64,000 bases of DNA from Octopus vulgaris. Taxonomy: Eukaryota. A program made the translations under genes and the position numbers. Of this stretch, positions 62,301 through 64,000 are shown piece after piece (positions within the stretch are counted from its first letter, which is position 1; each line of letters opens with the position of its first letter). Below the pieces are notes generated by a model. That model saw only the letters and a list, made by a program, of their open reading frames with translations. It ran no database searches and was not told the origin of the DNA. The DNA lies in assembly GCA_951406725.2 (NCBI GenBank), contig OX597823.1, positions 99,758,001 to 99,822,000 on the forward strand, read 5' to 3'.

Positions 62301-63175
62301 ATGCTACATGGCAGTGAAACATGGGCCGTGACTGCTGAGGACATGTGTAAGCTCGCGAGGAATGAAGCCAGTATGCTCCGATGGATGTGTAATGTCAGTG
62401 TGCATACTCGACAGAGTGTTAGTACCTTGAGAGAAATGTTGGACCTAAGAAGCATCAGCTGTGGTGTGCAAGAGAGACGTTTGTGCTGGTATGGTCATGT
62501 GGCAAGAATGGATGAAGATAGGTCTGTGAAAAAGTGCCAATCCCTAGCAGTTTAGGGAACCTGTGGAAGAGGTAGACCCAGGAAAACCTGGGACGAGGTG
62601 GTGAAGCACGACCTTCGAACTTTAGGCCTCACCGAGGCCTTTGGAAATATGTTGTGCGTGAGAAGACCAGGCAGGAGAAGTGAGTCCAGCCCACTTATGC
62701 ATGTCTTTCCTCCCTTGGACACACAAAGACCTGTTGAGGCAAGCGAAGTCGAAATCGAAATCGAACCTCATCTGACGACAAGCACCCATACCAACCTGCT
62801 TGCGAAGACCTGTTGGGGCAAGTGAAATCGAAATCGAACCAATCCTATGGACCCCTGGACTGGCGGTACGTAAAAAGCGCTATCCAAATCGTGACCGATG
62901 CCAGCGTCGCCTCGACTAGCTTCCGTGCCGGTGGCACGTAAAATGCACCAATCCGACCGTGACCGTTGCCAGCCTCGCCTGACAACTGTGCAGGTGGCAT
63001 GTAAAAAACACCCACTACACTCACGGAGTGGTTGGCATTAGGAAGGGCATCCAGCTGTAAAAACACTGCCAGATCAGACTAGAGCCTGGTGCAACCTTCT
63101 GGCTTCCCAGATCCCTGGTCGAACCGTCCAACCCATGCTAGCATGGAGAACGGACGTTAAACGATGATGATGATG
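59380..63175 (+). mobile_element. RTE-clade LINE, near full length, (ATG)n tail
   Basis: APE (CCIQEVRW, GVGILL, AGDFNGHVG, QIDYIL, QHRLVV), RT (FVDMEKAFDRVP, QGSVLSPLLF, YADD) and C-terminal RGRPRKTW motif; flanked by (TA/TG)n. Confidence 0.93.
59508..62640 (+). pseudogene. RTE APE-RT polyprotein, disrupted
   Basis: Split across ORFs 59508-61223, 61216-61422, 61419-62108 and 62238-62555 by two frameshifts and in-frame stops. Confidence 0.9.
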
Positions 63176-63233
63176 TATATATATATATATATGTGTGTGT
63201 GTGTATATATATATGTGTGTGTGTATATATTTG

Positions 63234-63283
<50 letters not shown>

Positions 63284-63339
63284 ATTAATGTGTGTGTGTG
63301 TGTGTGTACATATGTGTATATATATATATATACTTTCTG

Positions 63340-64000
63340 TAATTTCAGCTCAGAGCTGCGGCCATGCTGATGCACCCTCGTTTTGTGCTACACTGTTATT
63401 ACTAAGAGCCTCTTCTAATATGTGGCAGTTGGTGAAGAATGGAGTTTGATATAGCTGCCCTCATTTGCGCATCTTGCCATGAGGTAGTCTCATCTGGGAC
63501 TCTCGACAGGAAAAGGTCCAGCTTTGATTTAAAAACCGCTACATCTACTTTGTGCAAGTTTCCCAGACTCTTTGGGAGAATATTAAAAAGCTGTGGGCCC
63601 TTGAAACCCAGGCTGTTGCAGTAGCTGATCCTGAAGCGTGATGGCATTGCTGGGATCTTTGGCATCATGCAGTGTTGACCCATTCTAGCATTGGTGTAGC
63701 TTTCAATGCCAAAATTTGGCACAATTCCTTCCAGGATCTTCCAGATGTATATTACTGCATACCTCACCCACCTTTATTCCAGGTAGTAAAGTCTTAGCTG
63801 TTTCAGCCCTTCTTAGTAGCTGAGCTGTTGCAAAGAGACGATCTTCTTTGTGAATCATCGCTGGATTGCTTCAAGGTCCACTGTTAATTTTACACTGTTG
63901 GGTGACCATAGCTGGGAGCAGGAATCCAGGCGGCTGAGGACAAATGTCCTACATAGGACTATCATGGTTTCCTTATCTCTGGTTCTGAATGTTCTTAGGA
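63340..64000 (-). mobile_element. Second, diverged CR1/L2-group LINE 3' end (runs off the window)
   Basis: ORF 63402-63767 ([13 protein letters not shown]…[14 protein letters not shown]) is homologous to the 40285-43389 C-terminus; same 3' stem-loop. Confidence 0.9.

Overview
AT-rich eukaryotic, repeat-dominated DNA (intronic or intergenic). The SINE/LINE content and very long (TA)n/(CA)n tracts suggest an octopod cephalopod, but this is inference from recalled repeat families. No host protein-coding gene can be confidently called, and most long ORFs in the track are microsatellite artefacts. Supported content: a 5'-truncated CR1/L2-group LINE with an uninterrupted APE+RT ORF2 (40285-43389, -) and a second decayed copy; a near full-length but frameshifted RTE LINE with an internal PHD-type finger (about 59380-63175, +) plus fragments; an L1/Tx1 3' fragment; a Tc1/mariner DD-D remnant; several tRNA-derived SINE families; TTAA piggyBac-type MITEs; and non-autonomous Helitrons. 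The most striking feature is a ~16 kb TA-microsatellite island (39.6-55.7 kb). It holds short non-coding elements, often as fold-back inverted pairs, that carry minimal type-I hammerhead ribozyme motifs. The catalytic 3:8 base pair differs between them: U:A at 50643-50684, G:C at 52336-52386 and C:G at 47733-47777. Also notable are SINEs with one shared head but two different LINE-derived tails, and a candidate -1 frameshift site at the LINE ORF1/ORF2 junction. Repeat boundaries were read by eye and are approximate unless stated.
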